A stretch of DNA of 53,741 nucleotides, the filler included, from Bipalium vagum (taxonomy: Eukaryota): the NCBI GenBank assembly GCA_037834085.1. It is 3 parts of 3 records of this genome, joined end to end, with 100 filler letters (N's around TTAATTAATTAA, not from the genome) between each part and the next. Parts side by side here need not be neighbours in the genome. Positions count along the whole stretch, not along the records: positions 16,605 to 32,815 come from JBBMKC010122567.1; positions 32,916 to 53,741 come from JBBMKC010246225.1; 1 more part is not named here. One strand, written 5' to 3'. The notes below the pieces were generated by a model. That model had not been told where the DNA came from. It ran no database searches and was given only the letters and a program-made list of their open reading frames with translations. Position 1 is the first letter of the stretch. Each line of letters begins with the position of its first letter. Shown here one piece after another: positions 27,101 to 39,537 of the stretch. The translations under genes were made by a program, and so were the position numbers.

Positions 27101-30100
27101 GAATCCTCTGTAAATTATTTCAAAAGATAAGAAATAGAATTCATTGGCAAAATAATTATCATACCGTGCGAAATTGATATTAACAGATTCTTATAGAAGT
27201 CGTTATAATCAAAAGATATCTATGAGAATCGAAAATTAAACCCTTTATCGATGACCAATAAAAACAAAAGAACAAATTCATTAAAAACTTAATATAAATG
27301 AGGTGTAAAAGGTTTTAAGATTTTCTAAAACAACGGATTTAATAATAATTGAAATATAATAATAAAAAATAAAATTAATAATAATTTGTAAAGCACATCA
27401 AAACCTGAACTTTATAAACAATTTCATTCAAATTTTCATGATCTGCACTCGATCTATAAGTGATAATCAAACTTTTTGAAGTTAGTTCACATAACTTTTG
27501 ACACAAAACTAAAAAATATATTGAAAAATAAATATATATCATTTTCCTTGTCACGTCCGCATGTTTCTTTAGAGGGAACACAGAATAAGTTAATCAAAAA
27601 ACTTGAAAATTTAAAATAAAAATAATTTCTTCCAATAAAAATGTTACAGGGGAAGTATAATCGGTCAATTTTTTCAAAACCGTTCAGCTTAGGTGGGTGA
27701 CATAAAATATTCAGTGTCACTCATACCAAAATCGAGAAAAAACAGATAATAAACATATATTACAAAGCTAAAATATGATAGAAATTTACTTGGCCAGCAG
27801 AATCGTAAATTTTTTCAAGCAAATAGCTTCCATCGTCGGCTTTAAATTTGACAACCGAGCTGGTAATTTCAATCAAGAATGATTCAAGCTCACTTTTGTT
27901 CCATTCTTCAAAGGCCTTTTTTGAAAAAATTAAAGCATTAAGGCATAATCATTAATTGTAGAATAAATTCAATAATACTGCAGAAATCTCTTCATTGTCC
28001 ATGTCCAATAAATCTCTCATTAAATGATAAGCTTCACAAATCAATTGCATGTCTCCATACTCGATACCGTTATGAACCATTTTAACGAAATGACCCGCAC
28101 CTTCCGGTCCAACCTAATTTATCAATGATTGGCATTTATTACGTCACAAAGTTATTAACGTCATAACATTAAAATGCATGGAAAATTAAGATAAAAAACG
28201 TTTTTTAAAAAAATCCTTTTTGCTAATTAATTTTTACTGAAAAAGAAATTTATTTCTCTCATTATATTATAATTTCAACATAAATTGTGATTTATTGATT
28301 TCCAGAAATAATTTATTTTATAGTAATAATAATTATTCCAATTTTAACTTTAAACCAGGTTACAATAATCGAGAAATGCTATCAAGTTCACTGGAATTAC
28401 TTAATAAATAAGCAAATAGTAATAAAAAATATATATATATTGATAATATTAAGTAATTATACCCAATGGCAACACGGCTCATTATTTGCTTTAGCAGAAA
28501 TCGTTTGAAAAATGGATTGAATATATTTCCTAGAGTATTTTTAAAATTTCAACAAATTCAGAACACTGTAAACCAAGCTTTGAAATTTCCACCAGGCATA
28601 AGACTAGGACCGTATCTTGCACCTTCTTCTCCTCCACTGACACCACTTCCTACAAACAAGATATTTTTCTTTTCCAGATCTTGACACCTTCGAGTGGAAT
28701 CATGGTACTCAGAATTTCCACCGTCAATAATAATATCTCCAGCACTTAATAGTGGTACCTGAACATCAAAATTTCCAAAAAATCTATCAAATTTAGTCTT
28801 TCATAACAAGAAAACTGAGACAATTGAAAAATAAAATTTTAGGTGAAAACTTGATTGAAAAAGGCCAATAAACTGAAATAAATTTTGTATTTAATTAAAG
28901 CTTTTATGTAACCGATGCGGACTTAGAAATTTAAAGTCATCCTCTTAGAAAGCGATGAACTTTGAAATTTTGTTTCATTTTAAATAACTTAGAACAAAGT
29001 GCAAGTGGACTATAACGTCAATATTTAGGAATCTGATTGATTTCCTAATCAAATTAATAAAAGATTTATTGTCCTTAAATATTTTCTGAAATTAACAAAG
29101 AGTGTCCATAGTGTTATCAACCTCTAATTTTCTTATTACGTATTAATTAATTAATTAATAATAAGTGTCAGTATATCATTTAAGCTAATATAAACTCAAA
29201 CTCAAGGACTACGCATTTTTTTGTTACTAAATGTTATAAGTTTCAGAATTTAAATGACTAAAATATATTTTGAAAAATTCTAATCGATTTTTAAGTTATC
29301 AGTTAAATTAAAAAAATAACTGTTGACAAGAGATACATTTATTGCTTGAAAATAATTACTTAATAGTGTAAAATTTCATTTTCATAAAATGTAACATTTA
29401 AAGATTTAGAATTCAAGGTGTTTTCTTTTAAATAGAACGCTCCTTTTCAATTATAATTCACAATAATGGATCAGTGAAAAATAATATCCTTAATTTTTGA
29501 AAATATTAATGACTAAATGTTAAGAAGACCAAATTTAATTCTTTCACTTAATCTACTGCTATATTTCTTGAATAAGAGTTTATCATAGCACCTCGTTGGT
29601 TTTTAATGAATCTTTGAGAAATTGTAGTAATTATAATAATAAAATTAGTTTTTATTAATAAAACTATTAGAATTAAAATATTCGTTGTAAATGAAACAAA
29701 TATATATTAAGGGATTGAAATATTTCAAATTTATTAAATAATCAAATTATAACTATCTAAAAATTTCAAAACATATTCAAAAATTGTATCAAAATAAATT
29801 ATAAGCTTGAAATGTTATAATTTAATTTCTCTTACAAGTTTTTATTCACATTTTCCCCCGTTATTAACTGTAAATAAATCATTTTGATAAACAGGATAAA
29901 ATTATCTGTCAAATATAAACCAACATCTTTAAATACACAATGCATCTAATAATCAGATTCCACAGCCAACCACAATTTGTTGACATATGTCACCAACTGA
30001 GTAAGGAGGAAATGAAGTTAATGATAAAATTATATCACAGACAGTATCATACAAATACTTTATGATAGTCATTTTCTCAAATTGTACAATGACTTTCACA

Positions 30101-32264
30101 TAACACCATTTACAATTAGTATCTCTGTACTTTTCCAAACTTACCATTTCGAAATATAAATAAGATTTAAAATATTGATGGAAATTTTTTCCAAAGTATA
30201 ATAAATTTGATCAAACTAGAGTGTCACAATATGTCACGAAGTAGACTGACATACCACGTTCCATTTAAATAAATAAAAAATGGTTTTCAAAAATATAACG
30301 AAAACTTTATTCACTTTAGAATAAATCGATATCAAGAAACCATTTCATTTGTCTCTCAATTTTAATAGAAAAGCATTTGATTGCGATGGAAATTATAATA
30401 CATTAATATTAAACTAATGTCAAAGTCAATATAGTAATATCATCATAATTTATATTGCAGCTATGACAACGATGTACTGATTCTATGCAGTGTTAATATT
30501 GTATTTGTAAGCTGAAAGTTGTTGATTTTACAAAAGCTTTTTTGATAAATATTTCCCATAAGTTTTTCATTGTAACATGACTAAAGAGAATAAGTTCTTG
30601 GAATTGATTTTTTACTGTGGTCAATAAGAATCGAAATATATTAAAAAAAATTATAAATGAAAACCAGTTGAATTAATGTTCCCATTCTAAATGAATAAAT
30701 AGATATTTGTATCTTAAACTTAATAGGGAAAGCCGAATCTCGAATTATTTACAATTCAACATATATAAATAAATCAATAACTTTAATTGATTATATCTAT
30801 ATTAATTTTAAAAAAAATATAACTCTGAACATTTTAAAATGACTTAATAATAATTAATTAAAGTTAAAATCTTTCATTAAATTCGCACATTTGAAAAATT
30901 AAAAGGAAATGGAGAAAACTGAAAAGATTGTTGATATATAAGAAAATAAATAAAACTCTTAGCAAAAATTTTCATATTTCAGTATTGAAAATGAAATTAG
31001 AAGGCTCAATTATTTAGTAAGCAAAAGTTCCAAAAGCAAAAGAAATTATATGGAGAAATTTAATACTTTTACAATGTCGTTTTCAACTTTGAACAAAGGG
31101 TAATTAAAATTTCTGTCCCGTTTTTAATCGAAAAGGAAAACAATCAAATACAATTAATATAAGTATAAAGAATTCACACAAAGGAGAAAAGGGGATTTAA
31201 ATATCTTTATAAAATAAAAATAATCGTTCACTGATATAGAAATTAGTGTATCAACACTATTGGATTATTGATAAATTGTCAGTACTGAAAAATTCACATG
31301 CAAACACTTCAGTATGGAATCATATTATATTAATAAATCAATATGTGACTGATTGGATTAAATAAAAAGGTTATACTTTATTTCCTTTAATTATTAACAA
31401 AATTCCTTTAAGAGATATGAACAAAAGTAATTAGGAAAATCAATAAAATTGATAAACAGAATAAAAAAACAGAATAATGTTTAAAATCCCTTTTATTTAT
31501 AAAAAATATTTTAGATTAGAAATTGTTTTTTTCTGAAAGATTATAAATTAATTTTGACAAAACTGCACAATTTTATTATATTATGCAATAAATTAAAATT
31601 TTTTTAATTTTAGGTTAACTTTATCAGAAAATTACAAATTTATATACAGATAATTTTTATTTTATTATTATAGTACTTCATTTAAAATGTTTTTAATAAT
31701 AAGATAAAATTTCTGAATCAAAGGTATATCGATTGCAAAAAATGAATAAAAAAGTTCAGATATTGTGTTCGATTTATAAAAATTTACGATATCTCTATTT
31801 ATAACAATAAATATTAATCTAAATAAGTGCCAACTAAGTTGAAATTTTAGCAAGTCAAAAGTGAAACCTAACAAAAATCAAAATATATATTCCTGGTAGT
31901 CTTAAGTTATTGTGTCCATTTCAATTTTTAAATATTTAATTAACTTTAATTACCAATTTTTCAATGAAGTCATCAACAGGTTGACCAGCTTTAACAAGTA
32001 GCATCACTATTTTTGGTGACTTAAGATTTGAGATAAATTGTTCAAGTGTCTTTGCACCAATTATATTTGTATCTTTTGCTTCGTTTTTTAAAAATGCTTC
32101 GGTGGTAGCTACAGTTCTATTAAAAACACAAACCTAACATTACAAATCATATTTATCTTTGAATGAGAAATAAAATTTACTGTGAAACCATGATCATTCA
32201 TGTTTAGCACTAGATTTTGACCCATCACTGCCAGACCAATTAATCCTATATCTGCTTTTGCCAT
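17040..32264 (-). CDS. pgd: 6-phosphogluconate dehydrogenase (decarboxylating), 12 coding exons, 484 aa
   Basis: Manually spliced exons 32264-32181, 32133-31954, 28758-28574, 28529-28463, 28113-27979, 27915-27790, 21497-21434, 20069-19933, 19879-19746, 19681-19582, 17325-17203, 17159-17040 (1455 nt, all GT-AG, phases consistent). Motifs: [18 protein letters not shown] (NADP binding), [46 protein letters not shown] (catalytic K/E), [28 protein letters not shown]. Confidence 0.97.
18082..18121. repeat. (AAT)n microsatellite
   Basis: Perfect trinucleotide run in pgd intron 10. Confidence 0.9.
22700..23410. mobile_element. Mariner (Mos1/SETMAR-like) transposase fragments
   Basis: Plus strand 22700-22775: [15 protein letters not shown]. 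Minus strand about 22860-23410: [14 protein letters not shown] and DEKWLL..KRSAQW. Heavily decayed. Confidence 0.65.
25239..26371 (+). mobile_element. Full-length but decayed Tc1/mariner-superfamily DNA transposon (probably DD41D/rosa-like) in pgd intron 6
   Basis: About 32-bp TIRs (TAGGGTGTTTATTATGTATGTTAACATACTTT and its inverted copy ending at 26371), with TA on the left flank. Transposase remnants: [35 protein letters not shown] and [18 protein letters not shown]. Frameshifts and stops are present. Confidence 0.88.
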
Positions 32265-32440
32265 GTTTCGAATACTAATTGAATAATATATTCTAAAGTT
32301 AGTTAATAAGTTTTAGTAAACTTAAATACCATACTTACATTAATCAACCTTAAAAGTGATATTATTGTATTTAAACAATAATATTTCTTGTTTTTTTTCT
32401 TTCATTACTGGGTTATGCAGAAATATATATATAAATATTT

Positions 32441-32512
32441 AAAATATAGAACATTATTCAAAATATATAGAACATTAATCAGAAATATATAGAAAAATGT
32501 TCAGAATATAGA
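32441..32512. repeat. Degenerate minisatellite, about 20-bp unit (AAATATATAGAACATTATTCA) x about 4
   Basis: Visible tandem copies upstream of pgd. Confidence 0.6.
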
Positions 32513-32815
32513 AAAAAAAATTTTATAACAAATACACGAGTGGAAAAAAATAAATAAATATTTACCTCGCTAAGGCTTTTTTATATACCGCCTCATGTTG
32601 CGAAAAAACCACTTAAATCGATATCGTCATGCATGAGTACTTGTTTAATCAATTCTTTTAAATCGTCCCGATCTACGTGTACAATGCAGTCCATATGTTT
32701 TGGGCCACCTTTAAAATTTCGATAAAATGATGAAAATGTATAATTATAAATACTTTAATCCTGTCTATATTTAAATATATGATAGAATATGTTGAAGTAC
32801 ATGTTTCCAATCAAA

Positions 32816-32915
32816 NNNNNNNNNNNNNNNNNNNNNNNNNNNNNNNNNNNNNNNNNNNNTTAATTAATTAANNNNNNNNNNNNNNNNNNNNNNNNNNNNN
32901 NNNNNNNNNNNNNNN
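32816..32915. other. Artificial contig spacer N44-TTAATTAATTAA-N44
   Basis: Identical to the first spacer. Confidence 0.97.
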
Positions 32916-32972
<57 letters not shown>

Positions 32973-32992
32973 GTTGTTGTTATTATTATTAT
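32916..32992. repeat. (ATT)n/(GTT)n microsatellite at contig start
   Basis: Direct reading. It probably caused the assembly break. Confidence 0.9.
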
Positions 32993-34479
32993 CTCTAACA
33001 GAAATCTTATTTCTCTTAGATATTTGTGGAATTTTGTATTATTTCAATCAATTTTTTTTCTATGTTAAACATTGTGAGACAGGGAAATAAAAAAAGAGGA
33101 CGGTTTCTACATTCTCTGTTCAAAGAAATTAAAAAACTGTAAGGTTTTTCAAATGTCACTTAAGGACTTTGGAAAAGTCTACTCCGTCTTATAGAAAAAT
33201 GTCTGAATAAAACTTCTAGGTTTTTATTCATTTTGTTCATAAAGACTTGCTTCACGTATCCTTTGTTTTTTTAAAAATCTAGTCAGACAGAAGAGATATG
33301 TATATAGGTAATATTATCTATGTATATACCACAGTAATTGTTACACGAAAAAAATGTAAAATTGAAGTGTTTGTAATAGAAATCATAATAAGAAAGCTTT
33401 TGTTATAAAAAGTATCAGGCCTATTAAGGCCATGAGTATTTTGTGGAAGTTAATATTCTTTAAATCAATCTCTTTCTTTTTCTATTTTAATAATTCTTGA
33501 AAAATTTTAACATTATTCGGTAAATCATATCAGTTATATTCTTGTGTTGTCATTTTTAAATAGTAATTCAAAATCAAAGCAATAATAATAAATTTCATTT
33601 AATCCGATTAATCAAACAAACTTTTCAAACTTGGACCTCACCTTTTATTAAAATAAACTTATTTACTTTTTTAAAATTAACCAATATTTATTTTTAATAT
33701 TTATTAAAATGAAAAAATCCGTAACTTAATATTTTTTATAAACTTTAAATTAAAAAAATTTAATAATTGTTAATTTAGGCGTGAGATTTTTTAAAAAATT
33801 CAAACAAACTAATTTTTTCGAATCACTCTTTATAACATTTAAAATATTTCTCCATTTCTTCTAATTCATAATACCCTGCAGATTTTACTTCTAACACTCT
33901 CTTTTGGACAGTCTCCTTTCCTAATTTTTTCGTTAAATATATTTTTCTCACAATTTATTATTTGCAAGGGTTCTTTTATTTATTTTTAAAATACATTCTC
34001 CAACTGATGGTTTTAATAATTTTCTTTTATTTATACTAAATTTTAATTTTTTTCGTCTAATATTTTTTATTATTTTCTTTATTTAAGCTCTCCTCTCATT
34101 TATTTTTCTTAAAATTTTCGAAAACATTTATATGAAATTTTGTTCTCATTGCTTTTCTGTTCTTCATTGATTGTGTTTATTATCAAGCTTGTCTCTATAG
34201 ACTGCTAGCAAGGTGGAATAAAAAGTTAATTACAAACAAAAAAATAATTTTTATGATTGATATCATATTAAAAAAGAGTGGCTTAATAAAAATAACACAA
34301 CAGTTTTCAACTTGGTTAAAACGTGGTAGCTTATAACGATAAAACATTAATAAAACGGTAGGTTTTGTAAAATAATTACATATTATAATAGATTTTAGAG
34401 AATTTTGTTTTTTCTCAAGTTCTTATTTATCGAAATAATTCTCATCTTCACCACCAAGACTTTCTTCATTCAAATATTT

Positions 34480-35590
34480 TTTCTCTAATATTTTTAATTT
34501 CATCATCGGTGTTTTCAGCGAATTCTTCAGCAGAATCAATAAATCCATAAATAAATAAACTAATTTTTTATTGCAGATCGCGGGACGTCATTCCACAATT
34601 GTGATATTTATGGGCATATTTCTCAATAGGAAACATGTTTTAAGTTACCATTTCTTTTGTATAATGTTGGTAAACAGTTATCATCCAATTTTCCGATTTA
34701 CTACGGTTACTTTTAAATGGTTTGATATCAATAATATCTAGCAGCTTCAACTTTTTTGTCATACCCCCGGGTATCATTGCATAAAAGAAACAGAACCCTT
34801 GAAATTTGATTTTACTTTATCTGTACGATGCCCAGATAGATTCCATCATTCGAAATGATTTTTTTTTGATAAAAATATTTTTACGTTTCATCCATACTTT
34901 CTGGTGCCAGAAAATAGTTTCCAAATGCAGTCATGTATAATTTTTACTTTTGCGGAGACGATATATACATTTGAACAAAAACAACCTGTTGGAATTTTTT
35001 ATAGTCGAAACAGGACTTTTGCCCCCATCAGTTGTAACAGAAAGAACTAATGTAAATCAACATATTTTACCGCACGCTGCTTTTATACGGATATCAGACA
35101 AACTCTTTTGATCAATCGTAAATTTTGGGGGCACTTCAAAGTACACTGGGGCATCATCTATTTTTCCAATTTCTTAGAGTGTAGTAACAAAATTTTAAAA
35201 TATTATCAATCATCAGGTTTTTTCCAATTGATGATAGAGCACGCCCTGATAAATTATTTCTTTTCATAAATTTTGAAATTCAAAAATATGATCCTTTGAA
35301 ATCATTCATTTACATTTTCATTGTTTACACCGACATTCTTGCAATATACTCGTACATGACACTAAATGTCTCTCTACCTATGACTTAATATAGGCTTCTA
35401 AAATTGGTAATTTGACTTCTCGAACTCATTCTGCAATTTTCAAATTTTTATTTTTATTTGCTTTCATCAACATTTTTTGATTTTTCAACAGTTTCATGAG
35501 GCTTATATTTACTTTAAAATGGTTGGCATATATAGAAGTAAATCTAACATAAATTTCAGTGTATATCTATTTTTCTTGTTTCCTAACATT
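34480..35590 (-). mobile_element. pogo/Tigger-like (DDE_1) transposase remnant
   Basis: Minus-strand motifs IDDAPVYFEVP, FTLVLSVTTDGGKSP and AMIPGGMTKKLKLLDIIDIKPFK match the pogo MDETP / T..L...ADG.KLP / PGG.T..LQPLD...NKPFK pattern. Confidence 0.72.
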
Positions 35591-36941
35591 ATAAAATCAA
35601 ATTTTCGCTGTAATTACTTCTTTTTAAAACAAAGCATTTATTAGTAAAAGTATTTGATTAATAAAAGTTGTGTAAATTAGTAAAAATCATATTTAAGTCT
35701 GAGAACACATTACCACACTATTAGCTCAGTAAGCAGTAATATATCTCATAGCGATAAGACTGGGTAATTCTTCTAATTAATTTGGGAGTTGTATTTTTTC
35801 ATTTCTAAAACATAAAATAATGTTACATTTTGTACCTTTACATTCATAATTTTTTCTTGGAATTAATTTTCTTGTTTCCTTTAAATAGTTATTTATCTTC
35901 CTTAGAAAAACCGAAAGTAAAAGACTTTTTTGAATATATTTAAAATCAATTTTAGGAAAACTGTTAAAAATTGAATCAAATTATTATAATCAATATATTC
36001 TTCGAAGTTAATAACATTTTATATTATATTTCTGTTTTAGCAGAACCGCCTCAACTGCTTTTTGCATTCGAAGGATTGAAGACAATTTTTAAGATATTAT
36101 AATGTTTTCTGTATTATTTTCTCAACATTAGAAAAAACTCACTCATTTTTTTGAATAATATTAAAACATTTTAATACTGTTTAAAAATATATTATAATTT
36201 AATATAATATAATAATATAAAATAAATTTTATTATACAGAATAAAAATTTTTTTCTTCATAATTTTTGTTATTATATTTAATAAATATATAATTTATTTA
36301 ATTTTGGATTGTAAAGATCACTTGAACAATTAATGAATAAAGGGGTTAAAGAAGAAACCCTTTCAATGTCAGTAATACTAAATGCTTGTTGACTCGAAAT
36401 GTTCAGTTAAAAAATATTCGACTATCTCATGAAAGTAAAAAATTTAAAATATGTTCTCTAACAAATTTTTTGCTAGAGAATCCAAGGTTTTAAAAGAAGG
36501 TAGGGAAGTTGAAATAAAAACAGTTGAGTAACCTTATAACAGAATTCTATTTTATCAACTTACAGTCCGAGTAAAAAGTCTGGTCACTCTTTGTAATTTA
36601 TTTTGATTAGTTATTTATGTAATTATGTTCTTTACATTATATTTTATTATTATGAAAAAGTTTCTAGTACTCAATTCGAAAAATAACAATTGGTCTTGTC
36701 TCTTTTCATTGCCACATGAGTCTAAAAAGTAATTAATATCTCATTTATAAGGAAAGTTGCTAAGAAAAAAAATACTTCCAATTGTGAATTATTAGACCCC
36801 TCCTCGAGGTCGAGGCCATTCTTTACTTTTATGTAATAATATTGCTTCAAGCTGGTTCGAGATGCTCACAATTATGTTTTCCAAAATTTGTCTTGTACGT
36901 TACCAGAAAATAATAATAAAAAGTTATTATTACAAATAAAA

Positions 36942-37931
36942 TTATAAACAGATTAATATTCTTTCTTTTATGAATAATGAAATTTTAAAACGATTCTTTG
37001 CAATTTTAATAAAGTCTTTGGAACTCTTCAGAATATTTATGTCGAGCGTTACGTACAGCCACTGAAAAAAAAGTTCCATAAATGTGCACTTTATCAACAA
37101 TTTACTTATCGGTGTTGTTCTAAAAGGTGCTCTGAGAGCAAACTGGACCCTTATATTTTTTTCTAAAACCATTTTCAATATCCTTAGAATTAATAACAAT
37201 CCAGTAAGCTGTTTCGCACGCACCAAAAATCAACATATTCAACACTAAACCCAAAGTACCCCTAGCTCTCTTTATCGTCTTCTTTCTCATATTACAATCC
37301 GGTCTTATCATCAGACATTTGATTATGATGGACATGTAGAACAGAAAACTGATGAATATTTGTATGAAAAAGAAAGTGACTTAGAATTAAACTTGCCGTC
37401 AAATTTGGATATACCTCATAACAGTCCCCTAGAATTGGATCCACCACGTACCAGACAAGGGTGTTTGCACCACAAACAAAAATCAGAAATGCAGGAGCAA
37501 AGGATATTGTTAGGGTCAAGATTATGCAGACTCTCATGTTGGAAATATGATGATATTTTGTAGGGAACACAACGGCCCACGCCGCTCAATATGGATACAA
37601 CCACATTAAAAATCGTTCCTTCAACCGTGCAACAAAGACTGTTTCCCAAAATCTGATTCTTACTGATTTTCAAAAAGGTCTACGTTGATTCAAATGGGAC
37701 GCAAATTGAATTGGTTATGAGATCGAAAATGATTATGTAAAGGATTATTCTATAAGAGGAAGACTTCCGTAACGATTATGATATAACTATTATTTACCCA
37801 TTCCACAAATTCGTAAAAATCTAAAAACATAGCACAATGATTAAAGAATACCAAATCAGAATATCTTTGAAGAGTTTATCCTCTGTGATAATAACTATTA
37901 GAGGAAGCATCAGTTTTAGAAGATGAGGCAT
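36942..37931 (-). pseudogene. GPCR pseudogene (paralog B, closest to paralog C)
   Basis: ORF-track fragments 37416-37673, 37292-37570, 37120-37335 and 36942-37226 each match successive parts of paralog C in different frames. Lesions: frameshifts, an in-frame TAG, deletion of the NMNKMIAAGYRA segment of TM3, and the shared intron donor mutated GT>AT at 37109-37108. Confidence 0.88.
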
Positions 37932-38383
37932 TCTTGACAATGATTGGCTCGTAGTAATTCTTTCTTCCTCTTAGACAGGAAAAGATGCCAAGAATTATTT
38001 GCATTTTTTCATTTGACAGTCAGTCCAAGACAGTCCGGAGCATTGCGAATGTTATCCAAATTTGCGAAAGAAATTAATTTATGTCGTGCTTTATTTAATT
38101 CTGGAAAACGTTTATCAAGTTTTTTAATGAATATTGAAGGGTACTCTGGAAAGTCAGGCTTTCCTAACTCAGTTTTTGTCATGAGACTGAAATGTAATAA
38201 ATAATGAATTGACGAGGCAAATTTTCTCAGAAAATTTATGAAGTCATACTCTCTTCCAACGACTCTGAGACTTATACCTTTTTTTTATATAACGAGACTT
38301 CATTTATGTTTTGACAATAATTTTATCTTGGGCGGCGATTAAATCACCGCGGACATTATTAACAAATTTTTGTGAATTATCTT

Positions 38384-38497
38384 TGTTAGTGAAAATTAAT
38401 TGGAGATACCGGGATTCGTACCCGGGACCTTTACATGCGCATGCACTGCTCTGACCGCTGAGCCATATCCCCCGACTAATTTTCAATTTATCTCACA
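38384..38497 (-). mobile_element. 114-bp TG..CA element containing a tRNA-Ala-like core (core 38401-38472), copy 1
   Basis: Minus strand reads TGTGAGATAAATTGAAAATTAGTCG-GGGGATATGGCTCAGCGGTCAGAGCAGTGCATGCGCATGTAAAGGTCCCGGGTACGAATCCCGGTATCTCCA-ATTAATTTTCACTAACA. It has an acceptor stem with G3:U70, an A box, a variant B box and a non-canonical anticodon arm. Confidence 0.7.
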
Positions 38498-38599
38498 TCC
38501 CCCTCCTTTAAAGCTCACAACCATATCCTTAACCGCCCCGAGTCTCTTTACTTCTATTTCCATTCAATTCCTGCATTCTTTTCTTGCATAACTTCTCCC

Positions 38600-39270
38600 T
38601 ATAATCACGTCTCATATGGAGATAAAACCCACTCTCATTGAGGAAGAAATTATTTTTATCATTAATAGAGCAATGCGTTAGGTAGAATGCTGCAAAATCT
38701 TTTATCTCTTCTAAAGTCTTCTGATCTTTCACACAGATGTCCGTTCCATTGATATTTTCAGACTGCATTTATGTCGGTGTATTGTTTTATTGATCTTAAC
38801 GTACTGAAATTACTTTCAATGGCCTTCTTTATATATGTTAATGTAATTCTTACATTAGACTCGACCTGCCTGTCAATAAAATCACCAATTTCGGTGGAAA
38901 CCTTCATTTCCGGTCAGCCTCTTTTTGTTAGAATATCAATTCTACAATATTTCATAAATGCTTTAATAACATTGTTCAGACTTTGTACATTTAAATTGAG
39001 TTCCCGAGCTACTTCAACCATTAGCTCTCCATCTTCGATAATTTTCTTAACAATTACATCTCGCATTTTATTTCTATTTTTCCTGTTCACATTATATATT
39101 TCTAAAAAATAATATTTTAATAAAATACTGAATAATATTGGATTGGAACAGTAAACAACATTTAAATAAACCAGCACAGGTCATTAAATAAACAAAGTAT
39201 TTCGTCATTTGAAAACATTATTTTACCATTTGAAAACATGATAAAATTTTTTATACACTTTAAAACAATA
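38600..39270 (-). mobile_element. 5' half of an IS630/Tc1-like transposon
   Basis: HTH segment VEVARELNLNVQSLNNVIKAF..TKRG and first catalytic motif FFLNESGFYLHMRRDY (ORFs 38914-39177 and 38529-38768). Subterminal TTGAAAACA repeats lie near 39210-39240. Confidence 0.68.
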
Positions 39271-39349
39271 AGGAGAAAAATTAAGTTTTCTTGTCAAAAA
39301 TTTTTATGACTTAAATTAAGTATGAGGAATATAGGAGGGTAACAACGTG

Positions 39350-39537
39350 CTTCACAAATATTGTCTTCAATTAAAAGATTTTAATAATTTCGTCTTATTA
39401 TTTCTTTTTAAGAAGACAAATGACAAAAGAAACAAGTGGGAATTTTTTGGATCAATTAAAGACGTTATTAAGGAGGCCATTAAATAATTGAAAAGAAATG
39501 TGTAAATTGTTTCAGTGCACAAGAAGCCAAATCAATA
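39350..39537 (+). repeat. Dispersed repeat (about 190 bp) with a second copy at 45518-45704
   Basis: Shared blocks GAAACAAGTGGG, AAAGACGTTATTA and AAGCCAAATCAAT, colinear in both copies. Confidence 0.7.

Noticed and set aside
28466-28684. 72-aa plus-strand ORF
   Set aside because: It is antisense to pgd exons 3-4 and has no independent support.
38401-38472. Functional tRNA-Ala genes here and at 44067-44138
   Set aside because: The anticodon arm is non-canonical, copy 1 has a T-loop change and copy 2 has acceptor mismatches. The shared flanks indicate a repeat family.
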